64,000 nucleotides of DNA from NCBI GenBank assembly GCA_014361295.1, contig JACIVX010000001.1, positions 319,924 through 383,923 of the forward strand, written 5' to 3'. The DNA is from Methanomassiliicoccales archaeon (GTDB lineage Archaea; Thermoplasmatota; Thermoplasmata; Methanomassiliicoccales; JACIVX01). Position 1 is the first letter of the stretch; each line of letters opens with the position of its first letter. Under the pieces are notes generated by a model. The model saw only the letters and a list, made by a program, of their open reading frames with translations. It did no database searches and was not told the origin of the DNA. A program made the translations under genes and the position numbers. Positions 9,769 to 20,081 of the stretch are shown piece after piece.

Positions 9769-10680
9769 GTGCGAATCATATTCCTTGGTACTGGCGGTGG
9801 CTTGCCAACACCGAAGAGAAATCTACCGGCAACGGCATTGCAGATCGGATCTGAAATTATTCTGTTCGATTGCGGAGAGGGAACACAGAGACAGTTTATG
9901 TCATCAAACGCGTCGTTCATGAAGATTCAGAAGATTTTTATCACTCATTTTCACGGCGATCATTTCCTCGGTCTTCCTGGTCTCATTCAATCGATGAATT
10001 TCGTTGGTCGTAAAAAGAAACTCGAGATTTACGGTCCGCCGGGCATCGTTGAGATCGTTCACAAAATAGTGAACTTGGGGTACTTCTCACCAGGATTTGA
10101 AATATCAACGATGGAATTGAAACCCGGTGAGTCCTTACATTTTGACGGATATGACGTACTTGCGATCGAAGTTGATCATCTTGTGCCCGCTTTTGGTTAT
10201 ATTCTGAAAGAAGTGGCGAGACCTGGACGTTTTCTCCCTGAAAAAGCCAAGATATTAGGCTTGGAAGAAGGACCTCTTTTCCGAGCGTTACAAAAAGGTC
10301 ATAACGTAGAGGTCAACGGGAAGTTGATAACACCAGAAATGGTCACCGGTCCTCCACGACCAGGCATCAAGATTGCGATATCAGGCGACACGAGACCTTG
10401 CGACAGATTTGCTGAGGCGGCGGAAAATTCGGATCTGATCATACACGAAGCGACTCTGGATTCGTCGCTTCGTGAGCAGGCAACCGAATACGGTCACTCC
10501 ACCGCAAAGGAGGCGGCAATGATTGCACTGAGAGCGCATGCTGGCGCTCTTTATTTGAACCACATTAGCAACAGATATGAAGATGCATCGATCCTTGAGA
10601 ACGAAGCCCGAATGATTTTTCCAAATAGTTTCATTACCGAGGATCTGATGGAAGTTACACTCAGGCACCGAAAGGAATAA
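9769..10680 (+). CDS. rnz: Ribonuclease Z (tRNA 3' endonuclease, metallo-beta-lactamase fold)
   Basis: MRIIFLGTGGGLP...HFHGDHFLGLPGL, i.e. the HxHxDH motif. Confidence 0.9.
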   Translation: MRIIFLGTGGGLPTPKRNLPATALQIGSEIILFDCGEGTQRQFMSSNASFMKIQKIFITHFHGDHFLGLPGLIQSMNFVGRKKKLEIYGPPGIVEIVHKIVNLGYFSPGFEISTMELKPGESLHFDGYDVLAIEVDHLVPAFGYILKEVARPGRFLPEKAKILGLEEGPLFRALQKGHNVEVNGKLITPEMVTGPPRPGIKIAISGDTRPCDRFAEAAENSDLIIHEATLDSSLREQATEYGHSTAKEAAMIALRAHAGALYLNHISNRYEDASILENEARMIFPNSFITEDLMEVTLRHRKE

Positions 10681-10870
10681 ATTCTACGTGAAAAAAAAGA
10701 TTCTGGCGCGATAATATGGTGTATCACTTTTTTTGATCGACATAAGCGTACCTCTCATTGTTAAAAAACGTGGAATATTTTTGTATGGTGTTGATATAAT
10801 GGCATTGGTTCTTCAGAAAATTGGATGTAATCAAACAACATTCAGATTGTATAAGGGCAGGTTGATATCG

Positions 10871-12019
10871 ATGGTTCAGATGACACCAAGAGAGAGGGTT
10901 TTGGCCGCTATCAATTTGAAGGAACCAGATCGGGTACCATTGGATTTTGGCGGTGTCGTGTCTGGAATCGTTATGGGTTCGCCGTACGGGTACGAAGCGC
11001 TTTGTCGTGCGATAGGAGTCACCGATCCAATCGAACCACAAATCAATACAAGATTAAGTTGCGTGCAGAACATTGACGAGAGGATTTTGAAACGAATGGA
11101 TATCGATATCCGTCACATCAACATCGGGGGCAAACCACTGCAGGAGCTTCCTAACGGTCTTTACAGGGATGCATGGGGATTGATTTTAAAACCATCTGGG
11201 GTCTATAAGAGTATTCCAGATGAACTGGCACCATTGAGAAATGCCAAGACCATTGAGGATATTGAGAATTATTCATTTTGGCCAGACCCAGATGATCCAG
11301 TTTTTATCAAAGGAAAGAGAAAGGAAGCGAAGGAATTATACGACAGAACGGATTACGCGATATTTGCGCATCCAGGATATGCGGGTCGAATTTTTCATAT
11401 GTATGCAGGACTTCGAGGATTTGACAAATGGTTGCTCGATATGAGAATTAACCCTGAGTTTTACGACGCCTTCGCGACGAAAATCACCGATGTGGCAATT
11501 GATGTATGTAAATCGTTCTATAATGAAGTGGGAGATTACATAGATGTGGCGGTTTATTATGACGATATGGGTATGCAAACTGGCGGTTTTGTCTCGCTGG
11601 AAGACTATCGCAAATTCATCAAACCTTATACAGCCCGTTATGTCAAAGAAATAAAGAAGATAACAAAGGCAAAAGTATTCTACCACACCTGTGGCTCTGT
11701 TTATTCCTATGTGAATGATTTTATTGAAATAGGAATCGACATTCTAAATCCGATACAGCCTCTTGCAAAGAATATGGCGCCCGAATTACTCAAAAGAGAA
11801 TTTGGATCTCGAATCTGTTTCCATGGAGGGATCGATGTTCAAAGACTTCTGCCATTTGGGTCTGTGGATGAGGTGAGGGAAAGCGTTCGCAAAACGATGA
11901 AAATTCTTTCACCAGGTGGTGGTTGGATATTTGCTCCGGCTCATAATATTCAGCCTGACACCCCGCCTGAGAATATCATTGCCATGTATACGGTTGCTCG
12001 TGACTTTCAATTGAGCTAA
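10871..12019 (+). CDS. URO-D family protein, MtaA/CmuA-like methylcobamide methyltransferase-like
   Basis: The N-terminus PRERVLAAINLKEPDRVPLDFGG matches the MtaA-type rather than the HemE-type (no RQAGR motif). The gene is about 380 aa. An upstream GTG/ATG extension back to 10733 is possible but less likely. Confidence 0.65.
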   Translation: MVQMTPRERVLAAINLKEPDRVPLDFGGVVSGIVMGSPYGYEALCRAIGVTDPIEPQINTRLSCVQNIDERILKRMDIDIRHINIGGKPLQELPNGLYRDAWGLILKPSGVYKSIPDELAPLRNAKTIEDIENYSFWPDPDDPVFIKGKRKEAKELYDRTDYAIFAHPGYAGRIFHMYAGLRGFDKWLLDMRINPEFYDAFATKITDVAIDVCKSFYNEVGDYIDVAVYYDDMGMQTGGFVSLEDYRKFIKPYTARYVKEIKKITKAKVFYHTCGSVYSYVNDFIEIGIDILNPIQPLAKNMAPELLKREFGSRICFHGGIDVQRLLPFGSVDEVRESVRKTMKILSPGGGWIFAPAHNIQPDTPPENIIAMYTVARDFQLS

Positions 12020-12027
12020 CTCTCTAA

Positions 12028-12591
12028 TTAAATGAGTTTCAGTACATCTGAGCTCGTGATAATACCAGTGACTTTTCCCCTTCTTGCAACTAACACTGCT
12101 TTTGAAAATGATAAAAGCGATGTTACGATTTCGAGAGGTGTTTCCTCACTCACGATGGGAAAACTTTCATCCATGATGGACTCAACGGATCTCTCCGCAA
12201 GATCTTTCATGCTCGCACCTTCTTTAAGAAGACGAAGGATTCCGAATTCGCTTATACTCCCAATCGGTCTGTCCCCATCAAATACAGGAAGTTGTGAAAA
12301 TCCTTTTTCCCTCATGATCTCCGATGCTTTCCTAACTTTTTCTCCGAGATTTATTCCTACGACATTTTTTGACGCCACGTCCTTGGCGACCTTACCTTGT
12401 CTGCGTTTATTCATCTCCTCATAAAGAGCATTGAATATCCTGACCATTATTTCGTAACTACCAGATATTATTCCTTTCTCAATCTTGGCTATTGTTGATT
12501 GGCTGACATTTGAAAGGAGTGCGAGCTCCGATTGTGTGAGATCGAGCGATTTTCGCAACTGTTTGATCTCAGATGCATCGGGAAATTTCAT
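12028..12591 (-). CDS. Transcriptional regulator, HTH (XRE-type) plus a CBS domain pair
   Basis: HTH LTQSELALLSNVSQSTIAKIEKG is followed by two CBS-like segments. The start was moved to ATG 12591 (MKFPDASEIKQLRK). Confidence 0.7.
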   Translation of the reverse strand: MKFPDASEIKQLRKSLDLTQSELALLSNVSQSTIAKIEKGIISGSYEIMVRIFNALYEEMNKRRQGKVAKDVASKNVVGINLGEKVRKASEIMREKGFSQLPVFDGDRPIGSISEFGILRLLKEGASMKDLAERSVESIMDESFPIVSEETPLEIVTSLLSFSKAVLVARRGKVTGIITSSDVLKLI

Positions 12592-12710
12592 ATGGGATGA
12601 AAATGAGATTATTCCTATTTGAATAATTGCATCAAACATGTATTTAAATACGAAATCATTTTGCCGCGTTAACTTCGCGATTGACATGAAATGTTGATGG
12701 CAAATCGCGT

Positions 12711-13937
12711 ATGCAAACAATCAATGAAAGGTGGTGGTTAATGGCAGCAAACATCGTTGTTGAGCAAATTGACTATACGCCTGTATCAAGACAAAGAGTT
12801 GAACTCGTCGAGAGAAAGGGAATTGGCCACCCAGATAGTGTGGCGGATGGTCTCGCCGAATCGGTGAGTAGAGCGTTGTGCAAAATGTACATCGAGCGCT
12901 ACGGAAGAATTCTTCACCACAACACTGATGAAACACAAATTGTCGGTGGGCAATCAGCCCCGAAATTTGGTGGCGGAGTGATTCTTGAGCCAATATACAT
13001 CCTGCTTGTTGGTAGAGCCACAACAGAAGTCAATGGCGATCGGTTGCCGATCAGGCACACTGCGATTAAGGCTGCTTCAGATTATTTGAAAGAACATTTC
13101 CCGAATCTGGATATAACAACCGATGTCATGCTCGATTGCAGAATTGGAAAGGGGAGCATCGACCTAACAAGCGTTTACGAAACAAGGAAACTCCTTGCAA
13201 ATGATACATCTTTCGGCGTCGGATATGCACCGCTGAGTGAGACGGAGCGTGTGGTTCTTGAAACGGAGAAATTTATCAACGGTTCTGTCAAGAAAAAATT
13301 GAAGGAAACGGGCGAGGACGTGAAGGTCATGGCGTCACGAATCAATAGCAAGATTTCGCTGACGATTGCCTGCGCGATGGTTGATAAATATATTGATGAC
13401 TCTAGTCATTATCAAAACGTGATTGAAGAATTGACTGAGATGGTAGCGGACCATGCTGTTAAATTCACCAAGAATGAGGTCGAGGTCACGATCAACGCAG
13501 CGGACAACTACAAGGAAGGAATATATTATCTCACGGTTACTGGTCTTTCGATGGAGAATGGTGATGATGGCTCAGTAGGACGTGGCAATAGAGTCAACGG
13601 ACTTATAACTCCCTATCGGCCGATGAGTATGGAAGCATCTGCAGGTAAGAATCCTGTAACGCACGTGGGAAAGCTGTATAACATTCTTGCAAAACAAATC
13701 GCAGAAGAAATTGCGCAGATGGGAGGCGGAGACATTCTCGAGGCGAGAGTTCGCCTTCTCTCTCAGATAGGGCGGCCGATTTTTGACCCTCATACCGCAA
13801 GTGTGCAGCTTATACTTGACAATAATGCGAATTTCGAGAAATTGAAGAAAGAGGCTGAGAGTATCACTTCATATTGGCTAGAGAACATCGGAAAGATCAC
13901 AGAAAAAATAGTAAATGGTCAAATCTCTGTATTCTAG
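12711..13937 (+). CDS. mat: S-adenosylmethionine synthetase, archaeal type
   Basis: [27 protein letters not shown] is typical of archaeal MAT. The start may be the internal Met at 12741 (MAANIVVEQ). Confidence 0.9.
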   Translation: MQTINERWWLMAANIVVEQIDYTPVSRQRVELVERKGIGHPDSVADGLAESVSRALCKMYIERYGRILHHNTDETQIVGGQSAPKFGGGVILEPIYILLVGRATTEVNGDRLPIRHTAIKAASDYLKEHFPNLDITTDVMLDCRIGKGSIDLTSVYETRKLLANDTSFGVGYAPLSETERVVLETEKFINGSVKKKLKETGEDVKVMASRINSKISLTIACAMVDKYIDDSSHYQNVIEELTEMVADHAVKFTKNEVEVTINAADNYKEGIYYLTVTGLSMENGDDGSVGRGNRVNGLITPYRPMSMEASAGKNPVTHVGKLYNILAKQIAEEIAQMGGGDILEARVRLLSQIGRPIFDPHTASVQLILDNNANFEKLKKEAESITSYWLENIGKITEKIVNGQISVF

Positions 13938-13940
13938 TCG

Positions 13941-14525
13941 ATGAAGATCATTGCCGCTCCGAAATACGGACCTATTCATCGTTTCTCCGACTTTCACGTC
14001 TTTAAAACACTGCAGGTGCTATCCGATGGGGAACGACGAGGGAGAAGGCAGCTGGCGCAAATAGTTGGCGTAGGTGAGGGGAGCATGCGAACAATCATCG
14101 AATATCTCAGAGAGAAGAAGTTTGTAGATGTTAGACATGCGGGCGTCAAGATCACATCGAAGGGACTTCAGTTTTTGACGAAAATACCGATTGAGATTAG
14201 GCATCTAGAACCAACAGACATTACTATGGGACAGCATGGCGTCGCTGTAAAAGTCAGCGGAAAGAGTCAAGAAGTGAAATCTGGCATTGAACAGCGTGAT
14301 TCAGCTGTGAAGGCAGGAGCGGACGGGGCTACAACAATCGTGATCAGGGAGGGACGCCTCATCATACCAAATGATTACGATCTCGATGCGAAACGACCAG
14401 ATATCGCGAGATTATTGCGGAGCACCTTTGATCTTAGCGACGGAGATGTTATCATCGTCGGAAGATCGGCAGATCCTCTACTAGCGGAGAAGGGCGCATT
14501 GGCAGCGGCATTTGATCTTTTATGA
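13941..14525 (+). CDS. Conserved archaeal protein, N-terminal winged-helix, DUF4443-like
   Basis: 194 aa with an N-terminal wHTH-like segment (LAQIVGVGEGSMRTIIEYLREKKFV). It lies 4 nt downstream of mat. The family assignment is from memory only. Confidence 0.45.
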   Translation: MKIIAAPKYGPIHRFSDFHVFKTLQVLSDGERRGRRQLAQIVGVGEGSMRTIIEYLREKKFVDVRHAGVKITSKGLQFLTKIPIEIRHLEPTDITMGQHGVAVKVSGKSQEVKSGIEQRDSAVKAGADGATTIVIREGRLIIPNDYDLDAKRPDIARLLRSTFDLSDGDVIIVGRSADPLLAEKGALAAAFDLL

Positions 14526-14666
14526 TTTTTATCTGGGTTTTACTTTTTATTTCCTTTTCAATTGTTACGGTTTAAATTAGAAACGACTAAATATGAGAAT
14601 AGAATTGAGGTAGTTAGTGGGATGATACATCCAATTAAGATCATCCAGAATTAAAAAGGTGACTGT

Positions 14667-16307
14667 ATGAAGTGGGAACTGGCTATCGTCGCATTGCTTG
14701 TTTTGTCTGGAGTGGGCATTTCTATTGCACAGGCAACAGATGGGACGGATGAATGTCCTGTTCTGATTGATTTTGGAAATGGGCGTATTCTTTGGGCAGA
14801 TGTGCCTGTGTCTGAAGGGATGACTGTTTTCAATTTGACGAAGGAGGCTGCTGATAGACTGCAAATCGAAATGGATTACACAGAATCCTCATATGGAGTT
14901 TTTGTCACTGGTTTTGATGGGGTACTTATGAATTGGCCTTATGAATGGTGGCATTTATGGATTTGGAATTCAACCACAAATAGTTGGCAGATGCCGACGC
15001 TTGGAGCAAGTGATTTGCTTGCCTCGCAGGTTGAAGCTGTTGCATGGAGCTACGTAATGGATCGAGCTGACTATTCCTGTATATCGCCTATTGCAACACC
15101 TGATAATCGTTATCCCTGGACGAGCTTCAGGCATGATTTGCTGAATACAGGATACTCAGACGGAATTTCTCTCGACAAAAGCGAAATTGTATGGGATCTA
15201 AATTTGTCGAATGGTGGAATTTCGAGTTCAATTGTCACCTGCGAGGATCGAATATTCGTTGTAACAGGAGGCATTTTTGATTGGACAAATTTCGAATACA
15301 CATCTCCACCGAAAGTCACTTGTATTGATTTCTCTGGGAATATCCTCTGGGAAACCGATATCAATGCAGCGGGTTATCAGATATCAACGCCAGTAGTCGC
15401 GGGCAATTTGATTGTGGTTCCATCAACAGATGGCAAGATATACGCTCTGAATCGTTTCAACGGGTCGCTCCAGTGGAGCGCGGAGATTGCAAATCCCTCT
15501 GCGGGTATAACCTCATCACCGATCTTCTATCGCAATCAAATCATAGTGGGCGGTGGTGATGGCAAAGTCTACGCCTTTGCCGAAAACGGCTCCCTCCTGT
15601 GGGACGTTAAAATCGCGTCCTCGATTTACTTTTCATCACCGTCCGCCCACAACGGTACAATCTATATTGGATCAGATGATGGCAAGTTGCATGCAGTCGC
15701 ATCTGACGGATCTGGTGAATTGTGGAATGTCACAATCGGGGGAAAGGTAAGATCCGCGCCACTGTTGACGGATCAGATGATTATTGTGACCTACGCGATT
15801 TATGAGACGTATGTGCCAGTAGATGGAGGAGTTGCCGCAATCCTGTACAATGGTACAATACAGTGGCGTGTTGATATCAACGCTACATCGAGCTCGCCAG
15901 CACTTAGTTCTAATGGAATCGTAGTTACATCGAGTGACGGTGTCACAATGATATCAAAAGATGGGGAGATCCTCTGGAATAAAGATCTTGGTGTTCTGCT
16001 GAAGGGCTCTCCCTCAGTTGGCCGTAACACAATTTATGTCGTATCTTATAACAACAGTGAAGTCTACGCACTCAACGAGCAGGGGAGTGTCATGTGGCAT
16101 GAATCTCTTCGACCTTCTCAGTATTCGATGTGTTCGCCCACAGTAACAGACAACATGGTATTCATCGCTTCTGATAATGGCCATGTCTACGCATTTTCAA
16201 TTCCAACAGAAAAGGGTAGCGGCCAGAACCTCATTTTGCCGATTGCGATTGTGCTAATTGCAATAGTGGTAATTGCCATTGTTGTGGCGATGAAAAGGAG
16301 GAAATGA
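14667..16307 (+). CDS. Secreted, membrane-anchored protein: signal peptide, DUF4430-like N-domain, PQQ-type beta-propeller repeats, C-terminal TM anchor
   Basis: N-terminal signal (MKWELAIVALLVLSGVGISIAQA). Residues about 30-140 carry W-x-LW-x-WN...SW...AVAWSY, like the DUF4430 gene that follows. Repeated DGK[IVL]YA PQQ-propeller motifs. C-terminal LILPIAIVLIAIVVIAIVVAMKRRK. Confidence 0.75.
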   Translation: MKWELAIVALLVLSGVGISIAQATDGTDECPVLIDFGNGRILWADVPVSEGMTVFNLTKEAADRLQIEMDYTESSYGVFVTGFDGVLMNWPYEWWHLWIWNSTTNSWQMPTLGASDLLASQVEAVAWSYVMDRADYSCISPIATPDNRYPWTSFRHDLLNTGYSDGISLDKSEIVWDLNLSNGGISSSIVTCEDRIFVVTGGIFDWTNFEYTSPPKVTCIDFSGNILWETDINAAGYQISTPVVAGNLIVVPSTDGKIYALNRFNGSLQWSAEIANPSAGITSSPIFYRNQIIVGGGDGKVYAFAENGSLLWDVKIASSIYFSSPSAHNGTIYIGSDDGKLHAVASDGSGELWNVTIGGKVRSAPLLTDQMIIVTYAIYETYVPVDGGVAAILYNGTIQWRVDINATSSSPALSSNGIVVTSSDGVTMISKDGEILWNKDLGVLLKGSPSVGRNTIYVVSYNNSEVYALNEQGSVMWHESLRPSQYSMCSPTVTDNMVFIASDNGHVYAFSIPTEKGSGQNLILPIAIVLIAIVVIAIVVAMKRRK

Positions 16308-16816
16308 GGCTAGGAGTCGTCATGGAAAACCGGCTTATTTGCAAGGTCATTATAATCGCCGCTATCGCGGCGATTTTTCTATTTTCTGGTTGTCTTGGAG
16401 GTGAAAGAGCTGCAGAAAAGGTTACGGCAACGTTGATCATCGATTTTAACGGACCCGAGGGAACGATTAAACCAGGAAATATGACGGTATGGCAGGAAAT
16501 TAATGGACAATGGAAGATTGTCGAATCAAATGAAAATGCAGGAAAAACGGTTTGGATTTTCAGAAATGTTTCCAATGTTTCAAATGTCTTCGAATTGACA
16601 CAGAGGGCCGCACAAATAGGTAACTTCACGCTCGATGTTCATCATTATTTGGGAATGGGCTATTTCATTGAGGCGATTGCTGGCGTCGAGAATGAGAAGC
16701 CAGGTCGTGGCTGGCAATATTGGGTGAATGATGAATATGCTATGAAAGCCTGCGACCAGTGGTACCTCAAAAATGGCGATGTTGTACGATGGAAATTTGC
16801 TGAAGCTTCGTGGTAG
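16304..16816 (+). CDS. DUF4430 (transcobalamin/intrinsic-factor beta-domain-like) lipoprotein
   Basis: Lipobox-like FSGCLGG after a hydrophobic signal. The C-terminus GWQYWVNDEYAMKACDQWYLKNGDVVRWKF matches the DUF4430 consensus W-Y-VN...L-x-GD-x-[VI]-x-W-x-[FY]. Confidence 0.6.
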   Translation: MRLGVVMENRLICKVIIIAAIAAIFLFSGCLGGERAAEKVTATLIIDFNGPEGTIKPGNMTVWQEINGQWKIVESNENAGKTVWIFRNVSNVSNVFELTQRAAQIGNFTLDVHHYLGMGYFIEAIAGVENEKPGRGWQYWVNDEYAMKACDQWYLKNGDVVRWKFAEASW

Positions 16817-17688
16817 ATAACATGATTTTTCCCTACAAGTCCGTTGACTCGAGGATTCACCGTCTTGACGCAAGGCCGAAACTGTTATTTGTCGCAGTAA
16901 TATTCATCTTTTCAATCCTCATCTCAGATATCGTCTATCTTGTTCTGTTTCTCGCTTTTGTTATTCTTGTTACATATATGGCAAGAATATTGAAATCGAC
17001 GCTTAGCATTCTTAAGTACGCTGGTTATGTTGCTTTTTTTGTTCTTCTTTTCAACATATTGATCTCAAGCGGTTCCAATAAAATCCTCGTTATCGGGCCG
17101 ATTGTTGTAACAACTGAATCGATGTTGTTTGCGATTAGCATGTGCCTGAGATTGTTTCTCGCTGTTTTTGCATTTTCAATTCTCACATATGCCATTCATC
17201 CTGATGAAGTTCTTCGAGCGATATCAAAATTCGGTTATAAGACCACATCTAGTCTTTCTCTCTCACTGCGAATGTACCCAACGATCGCGGCAGATGCGAA
17301 TAATATAATTGATTCAATGAAAGCCCGTGGTATGGAGTTCGAAAAGGGAAAATTCGTCGATAAAGTCAAGTCTCGTGCTGCGGTCGTGATGCCCTTATTG
17401 CTGAATTCTTTAGAACGATCGATCTCAGTTGCTGAGGCGATGGAGACGAGAGGATTTGGAGTAACAAAGAGAACAAATTTTGGCGAGCGAAAAATGATGA
17501 GACACGAATTATTTATGGCCTCTTCGTTTTGCGTTTCAATGATCCTTGGAATTTTTTTATTTGTTCTCGGTTACGGGAACGCGGATTATCTCAATGGTGC
17601 CGCACTCGGCTATTCTTTTGACGATATCGTTGCTCTTGCCCTTCTAATCGGAACCTTATCACCGATTATGTTCGGAGGTCGCCAATGA
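16810..17688 (+). CDS. ecfT: ECF transporter transmembrane T component (EcfT/CbiQ family)
   Basis: HRLDARPKLL N-terminal signature, multi-TM, about 290 aa. It overlaps both neighbours by 4 to 7 nt. Confidence 0.8.
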   Translation: MVDNMIFPYKSVDSRIHRLDARPKLLFVAVIFIFSILISDIVYLVLFLAFVILVTYMARILKSTLSILKYAGYVAFFVLLFNILISSGSNKILVIGPIVVTTESMLFAISMCLRLFLAVFAFSILTYAIHPDEVLRAISKFGYKTTSSLSLSLRMYPTIAADANNIIDSMKARGMEFEKGKFVDKVKSRAAVVMPLLLNSLERSISVAEAMETRGFGVTKRTNFGERKMMRHELFMASSFCVSMILGIFLFVLGYGNADYLNGAALGYSFDDIVALALLIGTLSPIMFGGRQ

Positions 17689-19154
17689 TACGGATTGAAA
17701 ACGTCACTTTTTCATATCCAGATTCTGCTGAACCAGCGCTCAAAGATATTTCTATTGAGATCCGCGAAGGCGAATTCATACTCATCGTAGGAAAATCGGG
17801 ATGCGGAAAATCCACACTGTGCAGGGCACTTAATGGCCTGGTACCGCACTTTTACGGTGGTACTTTTTCTGGCAGGGTTACAATTGATGGAATCGATACA
17901 AGAAGGGCTTCACCATCAAAACTCGCTGGGACAATCGGCATGATATTCCAGGATCCGGAAAATCAGCTCGTCATGACAAATGTTGAAAATGAACTTGCCT
18001 TCGGACTGGAAAATATCGCTTTGCCGATTGAGAAAATAAGGGAAAGGATCGAGCGATATAGCTCCTATTTTGGATTGAAAAACTTGATTCATCGTTTTAT
18101 CCCTGAGCTATCCGGCGGGGAGAAACAAAAAGTTGCACTAGCATCGATTCTCGCGATGCAACCGAAATATCTCGTTCTTGATGAACCGACATCTCAACTC
18201 GATGGAGAAAATACCCGGACTTTTTTGGAATCGATTAGAAATCTCAACGTTTCGATGGGTATTACAATCATCCTCGTTGAGCACAGGCTGGAACGCTGCC
18301 TTCAATATGCCGATCGGCTCATATTCATGAAAAATGGCAAGGTCGAATTCGATGGAAGAAGGGAAGAAGCCATACCGTACCTGAAAAGCGAGAATCTGAT
18401 TCAAACGTTTTCAAGAAAAGCGAATCAAGTTAACCATCATCAAGAAATAATCCTAGAAGCGAATAATATTTGGTTTTCCTATGGAAACTCTCATATTCTT
18501 AAAGGCCTGAATCTTTCCGTTAAGAAAGGCGAAATATTGGCGATCACTGGCGCGAACGGAAGTGGAAAGTCAACGCTTTTGAAAAATCTCAATGGTCTTC
18601 TAAAGCCAGAGGAAGGCACTGTTACCATTTTCGGAAAGGATATTTCAGGGCGTTCAACTGCGGAATTGGCTGCTGAAATTGGATACCTAAGCCAAAATCC
18701 AAATGACTATTTATTCGAGAGGAATTTGCAGAAGGAACTCGAATTTACGCTTACAAATCTTAAGATCGCAAAAGCTGAATGGGAAGAAAGGATTTCGTGG
18801 GCTCTCTCCATTCTCGATCTGTCGAAGTATCGCAGAACATTTCCGAGGGATCTGAGCTGTGGAGAAAGGGAACGGGCAGCTTTGGCTTCAATACTCGTCG
18901 CAAAACCGAGGATACTGGTGCTTGATGAGCCTACGCGGGGCTTGGATCAATGGAATAAGGCAAAGCTTGGGCAAATCCTACAATCACTGCAAAAAGAGGG
19001 TTTCACGACGATCATCGTAACGCACGACTATAGGTTCATTGCGGAATACGCAAATAGAGTTCTGAGATTGCATGAAGGACGCTTGTACGAAATTCCTTTT
19101 GATCGTATCTATCCAGCGATTGCAGGGAATGATGGAGGGATAGCCGTATCATGA
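17685..19154 (+). CDS. ecfA: ECF transporter ATPase, duplicated (fused EcfA1-EcfA2)
   Basis: Two ABC cassettes: Walker A GKSGCGKST and GANGSGKST, signatures LSGGEKQK and LSCGERER, Walker B LVLDEP x2. Confidence 0.9.
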   Translation: MIRIENVTFSYPDSAEPALKDISIEIREGEFILIVGKSGCGKSTLCRALNGLVPHFYGGTFSGRVTIDGIDTRRASPSKLAGTIGMIFQDPENQLVMTNVENELAFGLENIALPIEKIRERIERYSSYFGLKNLIHRFIPELSGGEKQKVALASILAMQPKYLVLDEPTSQLDGENTRTFLESIRNLNVSMGITIILVEHRLERCLQYADRLIFMKNGKVEFDGRREEAIPYLKSENLIQTFSRKANQVNHHQEIILEANNIWFSYGNSHILKGLNLSVKKGEILAITGANGSGKSTLLKNLNGLLKPEEGTVTIFGKDISGRSTAELAAEIGYLSQNPNDYLFERNLQKELEFTLTNLKIAKAEWEERISWALSILDLSKYRRTFPRDLSCGERERAALASILVAKPRILVLDEPTRGLDQWNKAKLGQILQSLQKEGFTTIIVTHDYRFIAEYANRVLRLHEGRLYEIPFDRIYPAIAGNDGGIAVS

Positions 19155-19921
19155 GACGAGTTGTAAAGTCATTTGTTATCACCGGGGCAATAGCAAGTCT
19201 TGCTTCGTTGATTCTTTTAACAGTCTATGATCCCACGGATCTCCGGCTGTATGCAACTTTTCTAACCACACTATTTATTTTCTTTATGATTCTTCTCGTT
19301 TTCATTAAATTTGAAGAATCATCGGTCTCCTCGAAAGAGATCGCGTTAATAGGTATTCTATCGGCAATTACCGCGGCGTCGAGAATTCCTTTTGCAGCGT
19401 TGCCAAGTGTTCAACCTTGTACTTTTTTGATCGCTGCAACTGGCATCGTCTTCGGCCCACTCGCAGGCGTCATGGTTGGCAGCATGACTGCCGTTGTTTC
19501 AAATATGTTCCTTGGGCAGGGGCCATGGACGGTTTGGCAGATGGTCGGGTGGGGGATAGTGGGATTGATCGCTGGTCTGATCGGAGAACGTTTTCCAAAT
19601 GTCGGTGTGGGGGGTCTTGCAGGTCTCGGAGTTGTTTTCGGAATTCTTTATAATACACTGCTCGACTTCAGTAGCTGGATATGGCTTTATAGTCTGGATA
19701 CGACGAAATTCCTTCTTGTCTTCTCACTAGGGTTACCATTTGGGATCTTGCATTCAATTGGCAATGTGATTTTTGCCATTGTCCTTGGGCCTCCCGTTCT
19801 TTTCTCCTTCAGGAGATTCAAGAAGAGATTCCGGGTGATTTTCGCTGGCAATACAAGTGCAAATGAAAATATCACGGAAATCGATATAAACGAGCGCACA
19901 GAAGCCGTTTATGCGAGATGA
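19151..19921 (+). CDS. Integral membrane protein, candidate ECF substrate-specific (S) component
   Basis: 6-7 predicted TM helices, glycine-rich. Its start overlaps the ecfA stop by 4 nt. S-component families are poorly conserved, so assignment to one rests on the gene's position next to ecfA and ecfT. Confidence 0.45.
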   Translation: MRRVVKSFVITGAIASLASLILLTVYDPTDLRLYATFLTTLFIFFMILLVFIKFEESSVSSKEIALIGILSAITAASRIPFAALPSVQPCTFLIAATGIVFGPLAGVMVGSMTAVVSNMFLGQGPWTVWQMVGWGIVGLIAGLIGERFPNVGVGGLAGLGVVFGILYNTLLDFSSWIWLYSLDTTKFLLVFSLGLPFGILHSIGNVIFAIVLGPPVLFSFRRFKKRFRVIFAGNTSANENITEIDINERTEAVYAR

Positions 19922-20081
19922 TCGTTTCTGGCTATTTGGATTGCCTTTTTAATCGATCAAAAACGTCGATCCGTGAATTATAATTCATGAACAGATCAAA
20001 TCGTCATTATGAGGCCAATATATTTCTAGCTTAAATGATCTATCAAATAAAAAGAAGTGGTTCTTGAAATCCATATCGGCA

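Noticed and set aside
10733-10870. Upstream extension of the URO-D family ORF
   Set aside because: The extension (MIDISVPLIVKKRGIFLYGVDIMALV...) is AT-rich and unlike URO-D N-termini. The conserved N-terminal motif follows the Met at 10871.
19960-19990. 14-bp AT palindrome TGAATTATAATTCA between the convergent ECF S-component gene and yyaL
   Set aside because: It is a short AT-only palindrome in a convergent intergenic region. It is compatible with a bidirectional terminator, but too weak and generic to call.
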